A stretch of 64,000 bases of DNA, taken from NCBI GenBank assembly GCA_963762145.1, contig CAVXJS010000009.1, positions 256,001 through 320,000 on the forward strand, written 5' to 3'. Shown piece by piece: positions 19,698 through 28,501 of this stretch (position 1 is its first letter; each line of letters opens with the position of its first letter). Origin of the DNA: an uncultured Candidatus Rokubacteria bacterium. Its GTDB lineage: Bacteria; Methylomirabilota; Methylomirabilia; Rokubacteriales; CSP1-6. The translations under genes were made by a program, and so were the position numbers. The notes beneath the pieces are model-generated. The model did no database searches. It saw only the letters and a list, made by a program, of their open reading frames with translations, and had not been told where the DNA came from.

Positions 19698-20996
19698 ATG
19701 GCTTCGGACGACCTCGCTTCCCTCCCTGCCGGCCGCGCGGCCACGCTCATCGCGGACCGCTCGCTCTCCGCAGTGGATCTCCTCGAGTCGTGCCTCGCGC
19801 GCATCGCGGCGCGCGAGGCGGACGTCCACGCGTGGGTGCGCGTGGACGACGCGGGGGCACGCGCGGTCGCGCGCGAGCGGCACGCGGAGGCGCGCGCGGG
19901 CCGGCTGCGCGGCCCGCTGCACGGCGTGCCGGTGGCCATCAAGGACATCATTCACGTGGCGGGCTTGACCACCACGTGCGGCGCCGCGCCCGCCTTTCAC
20001 GTCGCCGCGACCGAGGACGCCACCGCGGTGGCGCGACTCCGCGCGGCGGGCGCGATCATCCTCGGCAAGGTGCACACCACCGAGTTCGCGTACTTCGAGC
20101 CCGGCCCCACGCGCAACCCGTGGAATACCGCGCACACCCCGGGCGGATCGTCCTCGGGCTCGGCGGCGGCGGTCGCCGCGCAGATGACGCCGCTCGCCCT
20201 CGGCACGCAGACGGTCGGCTCGGTGCTGCGGCCCGCCGCCTACTGCGGCGTGGTGGGCTTCAAGGGCACGCACGGCCTGATCCCCACCGAGGGGGTGGTG
20301 CCGCTCGCGTGGAGCCTCGACCACGTCGGCGTCTTCGCGCGCGCGGTCGCGGACGTGGCCTTGACCGCGGCAGTGCTCGCGGGCCGCGCGCTCGCCGGCG
20401 CCGCATCGCGCCCGCCGCGGCTCGCGCTCGCGGCCGAGCTGGTGGACCGCGCGACCCCGGAGACCGCGGCCGAGGTCCGCGCCGCCGCGGACCGCTTCGC
20501 GCGCGCGGGCGCGACCATCGAGGAGGTGAAGCTGCCCGCGTCGTTCGCGGGCGTGCACGCGGCGGGACGCGAGGTGCTCGAGGTGGAGGCGGCCGCCTAT
20601 CACGAGGATCTCTACCGGGCCCACGCCGCCGCGTACCGGCCGCGCACGCGCGAGCTGATCGCGGGCGGGCTCGCGCGCCCCGCGGTGGCCTACGCCCGGG
20701 CGCAGCGCGCGCGCCTCGCCTTCCGCGAGGAGGTCATGCCGCTGCTCGCGGCCCACGACGCGCTGCTGGCCCCGACCGCGCCGGCCCCCGCGCCGGAAGG
20801 GCTCGCGACCGGCGATCCGTGGTTCTGCGCGCCGTGGAGCTTCGCGGGCGCGCCCGCGTGCTCGCTGCCGAGCGGCGTGTCCGCGGCGGGGCTGCCGCAC
20901 GCGGTGCAGCTCGTCGCGGCGGCGGAGCGCGACGCGGAATTGCTCGTGGTGGCCGCGTGGTGCGAGCACGTGCTAAACTTCAAGCGCTCACCGTAG
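19698..20996 (+). CDS. Amidase signature family protein
   Basis: HGVPVAIKD, TPGGSSSGS, GTQTVGSVLRPA. Confidence 0.92.
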   Translation: MASDDLASLPAGRAATLIADRSLSAVDLLESCLARIAAREADVHAWVRVDDAGARAVARERHAEARAGRLRGPLHGVPVAIKDIIHVAGLTTTCGAAPAFHVAATEDATAVARLRAAGAIILGKVHTTEFAYFEPGPTRNPWNTAHTPGGSSSGSAAAVAAQMTPLALGTQTVGSVLRPAAYCGVVGFKGTHGLIPTEGVVPLAWSLDHVGVFARAVADVALTAAVLAGRALAGAASRPPRLALAAELVDRATPETAAEVRAAADRFARAGATIEEVKLPASFAGVHAAGREVLEVEAAAYHEDLYRAHAAAYRPRTRELIAGGLARPAVAYARAQRARLAFREEVMPLLAAHDALLAPTAPAPAPEGLATGDPWFCAPWSFAGAPACSLPSGVSAAGLPHAVQLVAAAERDAELLVVAAWCEHVLNFKRSP

Positions 20997-21047
20997 GAAT
21001 CGATCGTCGAATGGAACTGGCACGGTAGAAGGGCGGTTGATCAGTCA

Positions 21048-24000
21048 GTGGCAGACTCCGGTCCCCGGTTCGCGCTGAAGCGCATCTTCTCCTTCTCGCG
21101 CTCTGCCTCCCCGCGCGCGCTGACCCCCAGCCAGCCCGCCCTCGCCACCGGCGTGATGAGCGATGACGTGCTCGGGAACGCGTCGCGGCGGTCCTGGATC
21201 GCGCGGATGCGCGAGCTGCTGCATCGGCGCTACGTCCTCTTCCCGCTGCTCGCGGTGGTGGTCGCCCTCGCCGCGCTCGTGGAGATGCGCACCTCGACGG
21301 TGCAGGCGCTCGTGCTCTCGCGCGCGGCCGCCTGGCTGACCTACCGGGTGGACCCGGGCCCGAGCAAGGCCGTCCGCTTTCCCAAGACCGGCCCCTACGA
21401 CGAGCGGCTCGGCTACACCCGGCTCGGCAGCTTCGTCGAGCGGCTCGAGGGCGCGGGCTATCGCGTCGAGCGCCAGGCGCGGCTCTCGCCGGGCCTCGAC
21501 CGGCTCGCCGCGTGGGGCGTCGCGCTCCCCTACCGGGAGAAGACGCGGGCGGGTCTCGCGGTGCTCGACCGCGACGAGAAGCCCCTCTACGCCACCCGCT
21601 ATCCCGAAGAGGTCTACGAGCGCTTCGAGGCGGTGCCGACCCTCCTCGTCAACACCGTGCTCTTCATCGAGAACCGCGAGCTCCTCGACGCGGGCCACCC
21701 CTTCCGCAATCCGGTGGTGGACTGGCGGCGGCTCGCCAAGGCGGTCGGGGTCGAGGCGCTCGGGCGCCTGGGCGCCGAGCGCCACTCGATCGGGGCGAGC
21801 ACGCTGCCCACCCAGCTCGAGAAGCTCCGGCACTCGCCGGACGGGCGGACGCGCTCCCCCGCCGACAAGCTGCACCAGATGATCTCGGCGAGCCTGCGCG
21901 CCTACCAGGGTGGCGTGCAGACGCGGGCCGCGCGCCGGCAGATCCTGGTGGACTATCTCGACTCGCTCCCCCTCGCGGCCGCCCCCGGGCACGGCGAGGT
22001 GCACGGCATGGGCGACGGCCTGCGCGTCTGGTACGGCCTCGACTTCGCGGAGGCCAACGCCCTCCTCGAGGCCAAGCCCGGGATCTCCGAGGCCGCGCGG
22101 GCCCACGCCTTCAAGCGCGCGCTCAGCCTGATCCTGGCGGTGCGGAGGCCGTACCACTACCTGGTCGAGAATCCGCGCGGGCTCGAGGAGTTCACCGACA
22201 GCTACCTGCGCGTGATGGCCCGCGCGGGCGTGATCGACGCGAGCCTGCGCGACGCCGCGCTGGCGCAGCGGCTCGAGCCGCGCGCGGGCAACGGGCCTGC
22301 CACGACCGCCTTCGTGGAGCGCAAGGGCGCGAACCTGGTGCGCAGCCGGCTCACCACCCTGCTGAACGTGCCCGGCCTCTACGACCTCGACCGGCTGGAC
22401 CTCACCGCCTACAGCACGCTGGACGCGCCCGGCCAGGGGGCCGCGACGCGGCTCCTGCGGTCTCTGCGCGAGCCCGCGACCATCGAGCGCCTGGGGCTCG
22501 TCGGCGAGAAGCTCCTGGGCGGGGGCGATCCCGCGCGCGTGATCTACAGCGTCACGATCTACGAGCGCGGGCCCCACGCCAACCGGATCCGCATCCAGAC
22601 CGACAACCTCGACCAGCCGCTCGACATCGCGGGGGGTGCGCGGATCGATCTCGGCTCCACCGCCAAGCTCCGCACCCTGATCTCGTATCTCGAGGCGATC
22701 GCGGTGCTCCACGACCGGTACGCTCGGCTCACGCCGGCGGAGCTGGCCGCGGCCCGGCCGCATCCGAAGGACCGCATGGGCGCGTGGGCGATCGAGTACC
22801 TCACCGCCGCGCGCGGCACCGACAAGACGCTCCGGGCAACGCTGGAGGCCTCGCTCGAGCGCAAGTACTCGGCGAGCCCGGGCGAGGCCTTCTTCACCGG
22901 CGGAGGGCTCCACACCTTCGGCAACTTCGACCGCGAGGACGACCGCAAGGTGATGACGATCCGCGAGGCTTTCCAGAACTCGGTCAACCTGGTCTTCATC
23001 CGCCTGATGCGCGACGTGGTCACCAACCACCTCTACGGCTCCGAGACCTCGCTCGCGGTGCGCCTGGCCGATCCCCTCGACCCGCGCCGCGATCGCTACC
23101 TGACCCGGTTCGCGGATCGAGAGGGCAGCGAGTTCGTCCGGCGCTTCTACCGCAAGTACCAGGGCCTGGCCCTCGACGCGCAGCTCGAGCTGGTGCTGAG
23201 CGGCGCGCGCGCCACCCCCAACGGCCTGTCCACCGCGCTGCGCTCGGTCTACCCGGAGGTGAGCCTCGAGATCTTCCGCGAGCTGCTCACCGCGCGGCTG
23301 CCCGGCCGCGGACTGTCCGACAAGATGGTCGCGGAGCTCTACGAGCGGGCGGACCCGCAGACGATGCCGCTCGCCGACCGCGGCTACGTGGCCGGCGTGC
23401 ATCCCCTCGAGCTCTGGCTGGCGGGCTACCTCCGCCGGCATCCGGGCGCGGGCATCACGCAGGTGGTGCGGGCCAGCAGCGCCGAGCGGCAGGCCGTCTA
23501 CGGCTGGCTCTTCTTCACGCGCCACCGCAACGCGCAGGACAACCGCATCGCCAGCCTGCTCGAGATCGAGGCGTTCCTCGACCTGCATCGGAACTGGGAG
23601 CGGATGGGTTATCCGTTCGCGTCCCTCACCCCGTCGCTGGCCACCGCCATCGGCAGCTCCGGCGATCGTCCGGCCGCGCTCGCCGAGCTGATGGGGATCA
23701 TCCTGAACGACGGCGTCCGCCTCCCGACCGTGCTGGTGGACGGCGTGGACTTCGGAGTGGGCACGCCCTACGAGACGCACATGGGGCGCGCGGAGGTCCC
23801 GGCGACGCAGGTCCTCGCGCCCGAGGTGGCCGCGGTGGTGCGGGGGATGCTCACCCAGGTCGTCGACCAGGGCACCGCGCGCGGCCTCCGGCCCGCGCTG
23901 GCGCAGCCCGGCGCCACCCCGCACGTCGCGGGAGGCAAGACCGGCACCGGCGATCACCGCTACTTCATCTACGCCAAGAACGGCGCGGTGGTGGAGTCGC

Positions 24001-24209
24001 GCGTGGTGAGCCGGGCGGCCACCTTCGTCTTCATGCTCGACAACCGCTACTTCGGTACCGTCACCGCCTACGTGCCGGGACCCGAGGCCGCGCGCTTCCA
24101 CTTCACGAGCGCGCTACCCGTGCGGGTCACCGGGCTGCTCGTGCCCGCGCTCAACCGCCTCTCCGCGGCGCCGCCGCCGGCTCCCGTCGCCGCGTCCGCT
24201 TCCCCCTAG
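21048..24209 (+). CDS. Large transglycosylase/transpeptidase-like penicillin-binding protein
   Basis: N-terminal TM, FIENR, GASTLPTQL, GSTAK, SVN, GKTGTG. Confidence 0.85.
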   Translation: MADSGPRFALKRIFSFSRSASPRALTPSQPALATGVMSDDVLGNASRRSWIARMRELLHRRYVLFPLLAVVVALAALVEMRTSTVQALVLSRAAAWLTYRVDPGPSKAVRFPKTGPYDERLGYTRLGSFVERLEGAGYRVERQARLSPGLDRLAAWGVALPYREKTRAGLAVLDRDEKPLYATRYPEEVYERFEAVPTLLVNTVLFIENRELLDAGHPFRNPVVDWRRLAKAVGVEALGRLGAERHSIGASTLPTQLEKLRHSPDGRTRSPADKLHQMISASLRAYQGGVQTRAARRQILVDYLDSLPLAAAPGHGEVHGMGDGLRVWYGLDFAEANALLEAKPGISEAARAHAFKRALSLILAVRRPYHYLVENPRGLEEFTDSYLRVMARAGVIDASLRDAALAQRLEPRAGNGPATTAFVERKGANLVRSRLTTLLNVPGLYDLDRLDLTAYSTLDAPGQGAATRLLRSLREPATIERLGLVGEKLLGGGDPARVIYSVTIYERGPHANRIRIQTDNLDQPLDIAGGARIDLGSTAKLRTLISYLEAIAVLHDRYARLTPAELAAARPHPKDRMGAWAIEYLTAARGTDKTLRATLEASLERKYSASPGEAFFTGGGLHTFGNFDREDDRKVMTIREAFQNSVNLVFIRLMRDVVTNHLYGSETSLAVRLADPLDPRRDRYLTRFADREGSEFVRRFYRKYQGLALDAQLELVLSGARATPNGLSTALRSVYPEVSLEIFRELLTARLPGRGLSDKMVAELYERADPQTMPLADRGYVAGVHPLELWLAGYLRRHPGAGITQVVRASSAERQAVYGWLFFTRHRNAQDNRIASLLEIEAFLDLHRNWERMGYPFASLTPSLATAIGSSGDRPAALAELMGIILNDGVRLPTVLVDGVDFGVGTPYETHMGRAEVPATQVLAPEVAAVVRGMLTQVVDQGTARGLRPALAQPGATPHVAGGKTGTGDHRYFIYAKNGAVVESRVVSRAATFVFMLDNRYFGTVTAYVPGPEAARFHFTSALPVRVTGLLVPALNRLSAAPPPAPVAASASP

Positions 24210-24237
24210 CCTCGCGGTCGCGTTTCGTCATACCGTC

Positions 24238-24394
24238 GGGCGGGACGCCGGGGGGCGGGGGCCCTCCCGGGAACACGCTGAGTCGCATTGCCGCGGGGCC
24301 ACTCTCACGAGCCACGAGACAGGACGCGTCTCGCTTCGCTTGCGCGCAGAAGACACGGTTCCCGGGAGGGCCCCCGCCCCCCGACGCCCCGCCC
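24238..24394. repeat. MITE-like element with ~37-bp terminal inverted repeats
   Basis: GGGGGGCGGGGGCCCTCCCGGGAAC (24250-24274) is the reverse complement of 24358-24382, with imperfect outward extension. Confidence 0.65.
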
Positions 24395-24548
24395 TATGCG
24401 CCATCTACCGACAGCGATCTGTGGTGCGCGCTCCGAGCGCGGGCTTCGCCCGCGCATCCTGTTCCTTGATTCTGCTGTGCTAGGGGGGAGGCAGGGAGGA
24501 GCGCGCCGTCCGGCGCGCGACGACCGTCGGAAGCGACTGTCTTGCCGG

Positions 24549-25481
24549 TCAAGCGGGTTGCCATGGGCGGCGGTCCCGGAGCATGGCGTTGAGGATCGTG
24601 AGCAGCTTGCGCATGGCCGCGATGACGGCGACCTTCTTGGGGCGGCCCGCGGCCGTGAGCCGCCGGTAGACCTCCCGGATCACCGGGTTGTGGTGAATCG
24701 CCACGATGGTGGGCATGTACAGCGCGCGGCGGACGGCGGCCCGGCCCCCGCCGATCATGCGCCGCCCCCGCCAGCGGCCGCTGTCGCGATTCCACGGCGC
24801 CAGGCCGACGAGCGCGGCAATCCGACGCCGATCCAGCTGACCCAGTTCCGGGAGGTCGGCGATCAGCGCGTGCGCGGTGAGGTCGCCAATCCCGGGCGCC
24901 GAGGTCAGCAGATCCTCCGTCTCCCGCCACACGGAGCTCGTGCGAATGAGCCGGGCGATCGCCGCGTCGACCTCCGCGATCGCCCGCGTGAGCCACGTGA
25001 CGTGCGCCCGGATGCGCTGTTGCAGCCCGCGGACCCGCGCTTGGCGATGCCGGTTCTGCTCGGCCCCCAGCATATCGACGAGCTGGCGCCGCCGGGCCAC
25101 GAGTTCCCCCAGCCCCTGCGCCTGCTCCGTGGCCAGCGGCCGCGCCGCCGGCTGCACCAACTCCGCAAAGCGCGCATTGGCCCGCGCATCGAGCCGATCC
25201 GTCTTCGCCAGCTGCCCCGTGGCCAGCGCAAACTGCCGGACCTGCCGGGGATTGACCACCGCCACCGGTAACCCGGCGTGTGCCAGCGCGGCGGCGACGG
25301 CGCTCTCATACCCGCCGGTCGCTTCCAGCACAATCAGCATCGGCCGCAGGTCGACCAGCCGGTGCACCAGCGTGGCCACCCCCGCCTCTTCGTACGCCAC
25401 CGCGAACTCCTCATCCGTGGGGCGTACATGCACGTCCAGCCGATCCTTCGAGACATCCAGCCCCACGAAGATCCGTTCCAT
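24549..25481 (-). CDS. IS110 family transposase / bridge recombinase (310 aa)
   Basis: DEDD motifs GLDVSK, LEATG, KTDRLDA; Tnp-domain serine in APWNRDSG; intact frame. Confidence 0.95.
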   Translation of the reverse strand: MERIFVGLDVSKDRLDVHVRPTDEEFAVAYEEAGVATLVHRLVDLRPMLIVLEATGGYESAVAAALAHAGLPVAVVNPRQVRQFALATGQLAKTDRLDARANARFAELVQPAARPLATEQAQGLGELVARRRQLVDMLGAEQNRHRQARVRGLQQRIRAHVTWLTRAIAEVDAAIARLIRTSSVWRETEDLLTSAPGIGDLTAHALIADLPELGQLDRRRIAALVGLAPWNRDSGRWRGRRMIGGGRAAVRRALYMPTIVAIHHNPVIREVYRRLTAAGRPKKVAVIAAMRKLLTILNAMLRDRRPWQPA

Positions 25482-25484
25482 GTC

Positions 25485-25650
25485 CCGTCCTTGTCGATGC
25501 GGGCTCGCCGAGCGGCCCAAGCGACTGTTCGGGTTCACGGCACGTGAAGCGGCAGGCAGGGCCCCAGGCTTCCGAACGGTCTTGGTAGACCCAGGGGGGC
25601 GCGGGCTCCCGCCCGCCTTCACTCCGGCTACGCTATCCGCCGGAGTTCCT
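25485..25650 (-). ncRNA. Predicted bridge RNA (5' hairpin, target-binding loop, donor-binding loop)
   Basis: 5' stem ACTCCGGC/GCCGGAGT; guides GCGCCCCCCT and TCGGAAG match the target flanks; ACAGTCGCTTG and ACAAG match the donor junction. Confidence 0.85.
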
Positions 25651-25682
25651 AAGATACAAGGGGGGCGCAGCCCCCCTCCGAG

Positions 25683-26522
25683 TCAATACACTTCGTCGCG
25701 CTCGCCGAATTCGAACTGGTAGGTCGTCTCGTCGAGCTCGGTGTTGGTGACGAGCTGCTTGCGGGCGAGGAGGGCTTCGAAGGTCTGGAGCCAGATCTCG
25801 TAGTAGACGAAGGGGGCGGGGCGCGTCTCGGCGGCGGCGATCTGGGCGATGAGCGCCTGGCGGAACTCTTCCCAGTCGTACACGCCGCGCTCGTGCAGGG
25901 CGACGGCCATACCGAAGACGCGACCCTGCCAGGGCTCCTCGAAGACCAGCTCGCCGTTCTTGCGCGGCAGCGCGGCCTGGCCTCCCATGACCGCGACCAC
26001 GCGGTCCACCGTGAGGTCCTGGCCCTGCGCGGTCACCCCCGACGGCAGCGACTCGCAGGCGTGGGCCTGGCGCCCGCGCCAGAGGCGGGCGTCGTCCACC
26101 GGCTGGCCGTCGGGACGCGGCTGCCAGGCGGAGGCGGTGAACTGGTACGGGGCGAGGGCCGACGGCGAAGGCAGGCAGGCGTCGGCGTCCAGCATGGCCT
26201 CGACGTGATCGTAGAGGGCGACCGCAAGCGCGTCCGAGTCGATCGAGTGGAACCACTGAGCCTGGCCGTCGAAGAGCAGGAGCGCCACGTTGGCGAGGGC
26301 GCACGGTCCGAGGCAGCCGCCGATCGTCAGGTGGATGATGTTACGGAGCCGCCGCCGCTCCCACTCGCGGTGGAAGGTCTCGGTCGGGACCGGCGCGAAG
26401 CCGTCCTCGGTGCGGCCGCAGCAGCAACCGGTGGCGCAGATGAAGAGCTGACCCCGGAAGCGCGCCACGTTGACCCGCCGCCCGTCGCGGCGCACCACGA
26501 TGTTACGCCGGCGCTCGTACAC
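25683..26522 (-). CDS. Nitrile hydratase accessory/activator protein fused to an N-terminal Cys-rich thioredoxin-like ferredoxin (CbiW-like) domain
   Basis: N-term FICATGCCCG...GGCLGPC; C-term LPRKNGELVFEEPWQGRVFGMAVAL...WEEFRQALI...YYEIW. Confidence 0.8.
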   Translation of the reverse strand: MYERRRNIVVRRDGRRVNVARFRGQLFICATGCCCGRTEDGFAPVPTETFHREWERRRLRNIIHLTIGGCLGPCALANVALLLFDGQAQWFHSIDSDALAVALYDHVEAMLDADACLPSPSALAPYQFTASAWQPRPDGQPVDDARLWRGRQAHACESLPSGVTAQGQDLTVDRVVAVMGGQAALPRKNGELVFEEPWQGRVFGMAVALHERGVYDWEEFRQALIAQIAAAETRPAPFVYYEIWLQTFEALLARKQLVTNTELDETTYQFEFGERDEVY

Positions 26523-26536
26523 GGGGCCGGCGCCGC

Positions 26537-27130
26537 TCAGGAGGCGGTCACGCGCGGCTCGGCCACGCCGATGAGCGCGTCGCGGGTGATCAGCGGCACC
26601 AGCTCCGCTTCGCTCATGGCCTCGGTGCCGGCCGGCCTGATCGGCAGGACCATGTAACGCATCTCGGCGCTCGAGTCCCACACGCGGATCTCGCGCTCCG
26701 CCGGCACCTCGAGCCCCATCTCCCGCAGGATCGTCCGCGGCTCGCTGACCGCGCGCGAGCGGTAGGCCGGCATCTTGTACCAGGTGGGGGGCAGCCCCAG
26801 CACCGGCCACGGGTAGCAGGAGCAGAGCGTGCACACCACCAGGTTGTGCACCGCCTCCGTGTTCTCGACCACCATCAGCATCTCGTAATCGAGATCGAGC
26901 TGCCCGAGCGCGGCCCTCGGGTCCTCCAGGAGCAGGCGCCGGTAGTCGGGATCGGTCCACGCCTTCGCCACCGCGCGAGCGCCCGTCATCGGGCCGGTGT
27001 CCGCCTCGTAGCGCTGGATCACCCGATCCACCGCGTCGGGGGCCAGGATGCCCTTCTCGAGCAGCAGCGACTCGAGCGCCCGCACGCGGGACACGATGTA
27101 GGGATCGACGTTGGGGTGGTTCTTGCCCAT
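26537..27130 (-). CDS. nthA: Cobalt-type nitrile hydratase alpha subunit
   Basis: [10 protein letters not shown] metal motif (Thr/Tyr = Co type), [18 protein letters not shown]. Confidence 0.95.
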   Translation of the reverse strand: MGKNHPNVDPYIVSRVRALESLLLEKGILAPDAVDRVIQRYEADTGPMTGARAVAKAWTDPDYRRLLLEDPRAALGQLDLDYEMLMVVENTEAVHNLVVCTLCSCYPWPVLGLPPTWYKMPAYRSRAVSEPRTILREMGLEVPAEREIRVWDSSAEMRYMVLPIRPAGTEAMSEAELVPLITRDALIGVAEPRVTAS

Positions 27131-27135
27131 CCGCG

Positions 27136-27816
27136 TTACCTCCCGGGTAGGAGATAGCTCTCCCAGAGATCGATGTGCACGGCCTGGTTCGCCTCCGCCG
27201 ACTCGCCCCACAGCTCGCGCGCGTCGAAGCGCACGCTGTAGAGCGGCTGCGGCTGCTCGCCCTGCCCGTGGGCGTTGGTGTCGGGAAACACGTGGATACC
27301 GTGGCAGCAGTGGATGACGCCGCGCTTGCCGCGCGCGTAGCGCGGCAGCCGCGTGTGGCCGTGCGGGTGCATGTCCCGCGTGAGGACGGCCTCGCCCGGC
27401 GCGAACCGCGGCGTGGCTCCGGTCTCGCGGATGAAATCCGTCATCGAGGCCCGCCGGGAGGCGCCCCGCGACGGCGGCGGCCCGGGCAGCGCCGCGGTAG
27501 CCGGCGCGTCGGGCTTCTGCTCGAAGAACGTCCGCCGCGCGATCAGCTCCTGGGGATCCAGCACGCCCTTCTCGAGGAGGACCCGGGTGATCCCCTCGAG
27601 CCACTTCTCGTAGTAGGTCGCGCGCAGGTAGTGGGCCGGAGCCATGCGCTCGATGCCGTGGCGGAACTCGTCGATGTTGTAGAGCAGGCCCTGGCGGCCT
27701 GCGTGCTGGATGGCCAACACCACCGCCTCCCAGTCGGCGTGGAACGTCGGCTCGTTCTCCTCGCGCTCGACCGGCCCGAAGCCCTGCATGCCCCCCAGAT
27801 CGTGCACCCCGTTCAT
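27136..27816 (-). CDS. nthB: Nitrile hydratase beta subunit
   Basis: [39 protein letters not shown]. Confidence 0.95.
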   Translation of the reverse strand: MNGVHDLGGMQGFGPVEREENEPTFHADWEAVVLAIQHAGRQGLLYNIDEFRHGIERMAPAHYLRATYYEKWLEGITRVLLEKGVLDPQELIARRTFFEQKPDAPATAALPGPPPSRGASRRASMTDFIRETGATPRFAPGEAVLTRDMHPHGHTRLPRYARGKRGVIHCCHGIHVFPDTNAHGQGEQPQPLYSVRFDARELWGESAEANQAVHIDLWESYLLPGR

Positions 27817-27836
27817 ACGCCGTGATTCTATCGACT

Positions 27837-27921
27837 GGGGTCAGGTCTTACAATCCAACATTCCGGGCTCGGCGATGGCGCCACTTCGGCGGCCAAATGT
27901 CGGAATGTAAGACCTGACCCC
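27837..27921. repeat. 85-bp REP/MITE-like element with GGGGTCAGGTCTT...AAGACCTGACCCC arms (copy 1)
   Basis: ~26-bp imperfect inverted repeats; same-length copy at 45478-45562. Confidence 0.85.
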
Positions 27922-27922
27922 G

Positions 27923-28501
27923 TCAGTGGGTGCGAGGGGGGTCGGCGTGGGCCGGCGGGGGCTCACCGGGGACGCCCGCGTGACGGGCGCGCAGATCCAT
28001 CCAGAGATCGAGCCGCGACCAGTCGGGCGTGTCCACGTAGCGGCCACGCGCGGGGTCGATCCACGGGTTCGGCAGGAACACGGTCAGCATCTGCTCGTCG
28101 CGGCCGTTCCAGAGCCGCAGGCCCCAGGCGCTGGGCCGCCCGGACCGGTCGCGGTTCTGGAAGAACGCGGCGCGGGCGCAGCGGCGCCACTCGGCCAGCG
28201 CGGGGGGCGTCGGCAGCGCGGCCGAGCCCTGGTGCGGGCCGATGCACAGGTGGAAGTGCCAGGACTCGCTGCCCTCGACCTGCACCGTGACGTAGCCGTC
28301 GAGCAGGGAGATCCGGGGCCGGCGGCCGAACCGGCCCTCGAACACCGCGCCCTCGATGCACGGGCCGAAGATCACGTGCTCCCAGTGCTCCTCGAAGATC
28401 TCCCGGAGCAGGGCGAGCAATGCCGCCTCGGTGCACTCGACCCCGAAGTACTCGGTGCGGGTGCCGTCCAGATTCTCCTGCACCGTCACGTCAGTGCGCA
28501 C
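27923..28501 (-). CDS. Hypothetical protein
   Basis: Protein-like ORF with FGPCIEG and WHFHLCIG motifs; overlaps the upstream gene end. Confidence 0.7.
   Translation of the reverse strand: MRTDVTVQENLDGTRTEYFGVECTEAALLALLREIFEEHWEHVIFGPCIEGAVFEGRFGRRPRISLLDGYVTVQVEGSESWHFHLCIGPHQGSAALPTPPALAEWRRCARAAFFQNRDRSGRPSAWGLRLWNGRDEQMLTVFLPNPWIDPARGRYVDTPDWSRLDLWMDLRARHAGVPGEPPPAHADPPRTH

Larger units (their letters stand above)
24532..25660 (-). mobile_element. IS110-family (IS621-like) insertion sequence bounded by CT cores, inserted into a REP-like hairpin
   Basis: Ends ...ACAGTCG-CT and CT-TGTATCTT...; rejoined flanks give TCGGAGGGGGGCTGCGCCCCCCTTCCGA. Confidence 0.9.

Noticed and set aside
21045-24469. 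Very long overlapping and antisense ORFs (e.g. 21045..24101 -, 21512..24469 +, 49017..52208 -)
   Set aside because: Arg/Pro/Gly-rich shadow frames expected in high-GC DNA, with no recognisable motifs
24549-25622. 357-aa N-terminally extended IS110 transposase from the ORF track
   Set aside because: The extension overlaps the predicted bridge RNA; the family-typical start is MERIFVGLD at 25481
25683-26960. 425-aa version of the NHase accessory ORF
   Set aside because: The first ~146 codons are an alternative frame of nthA; the likely start is GTG at 26522
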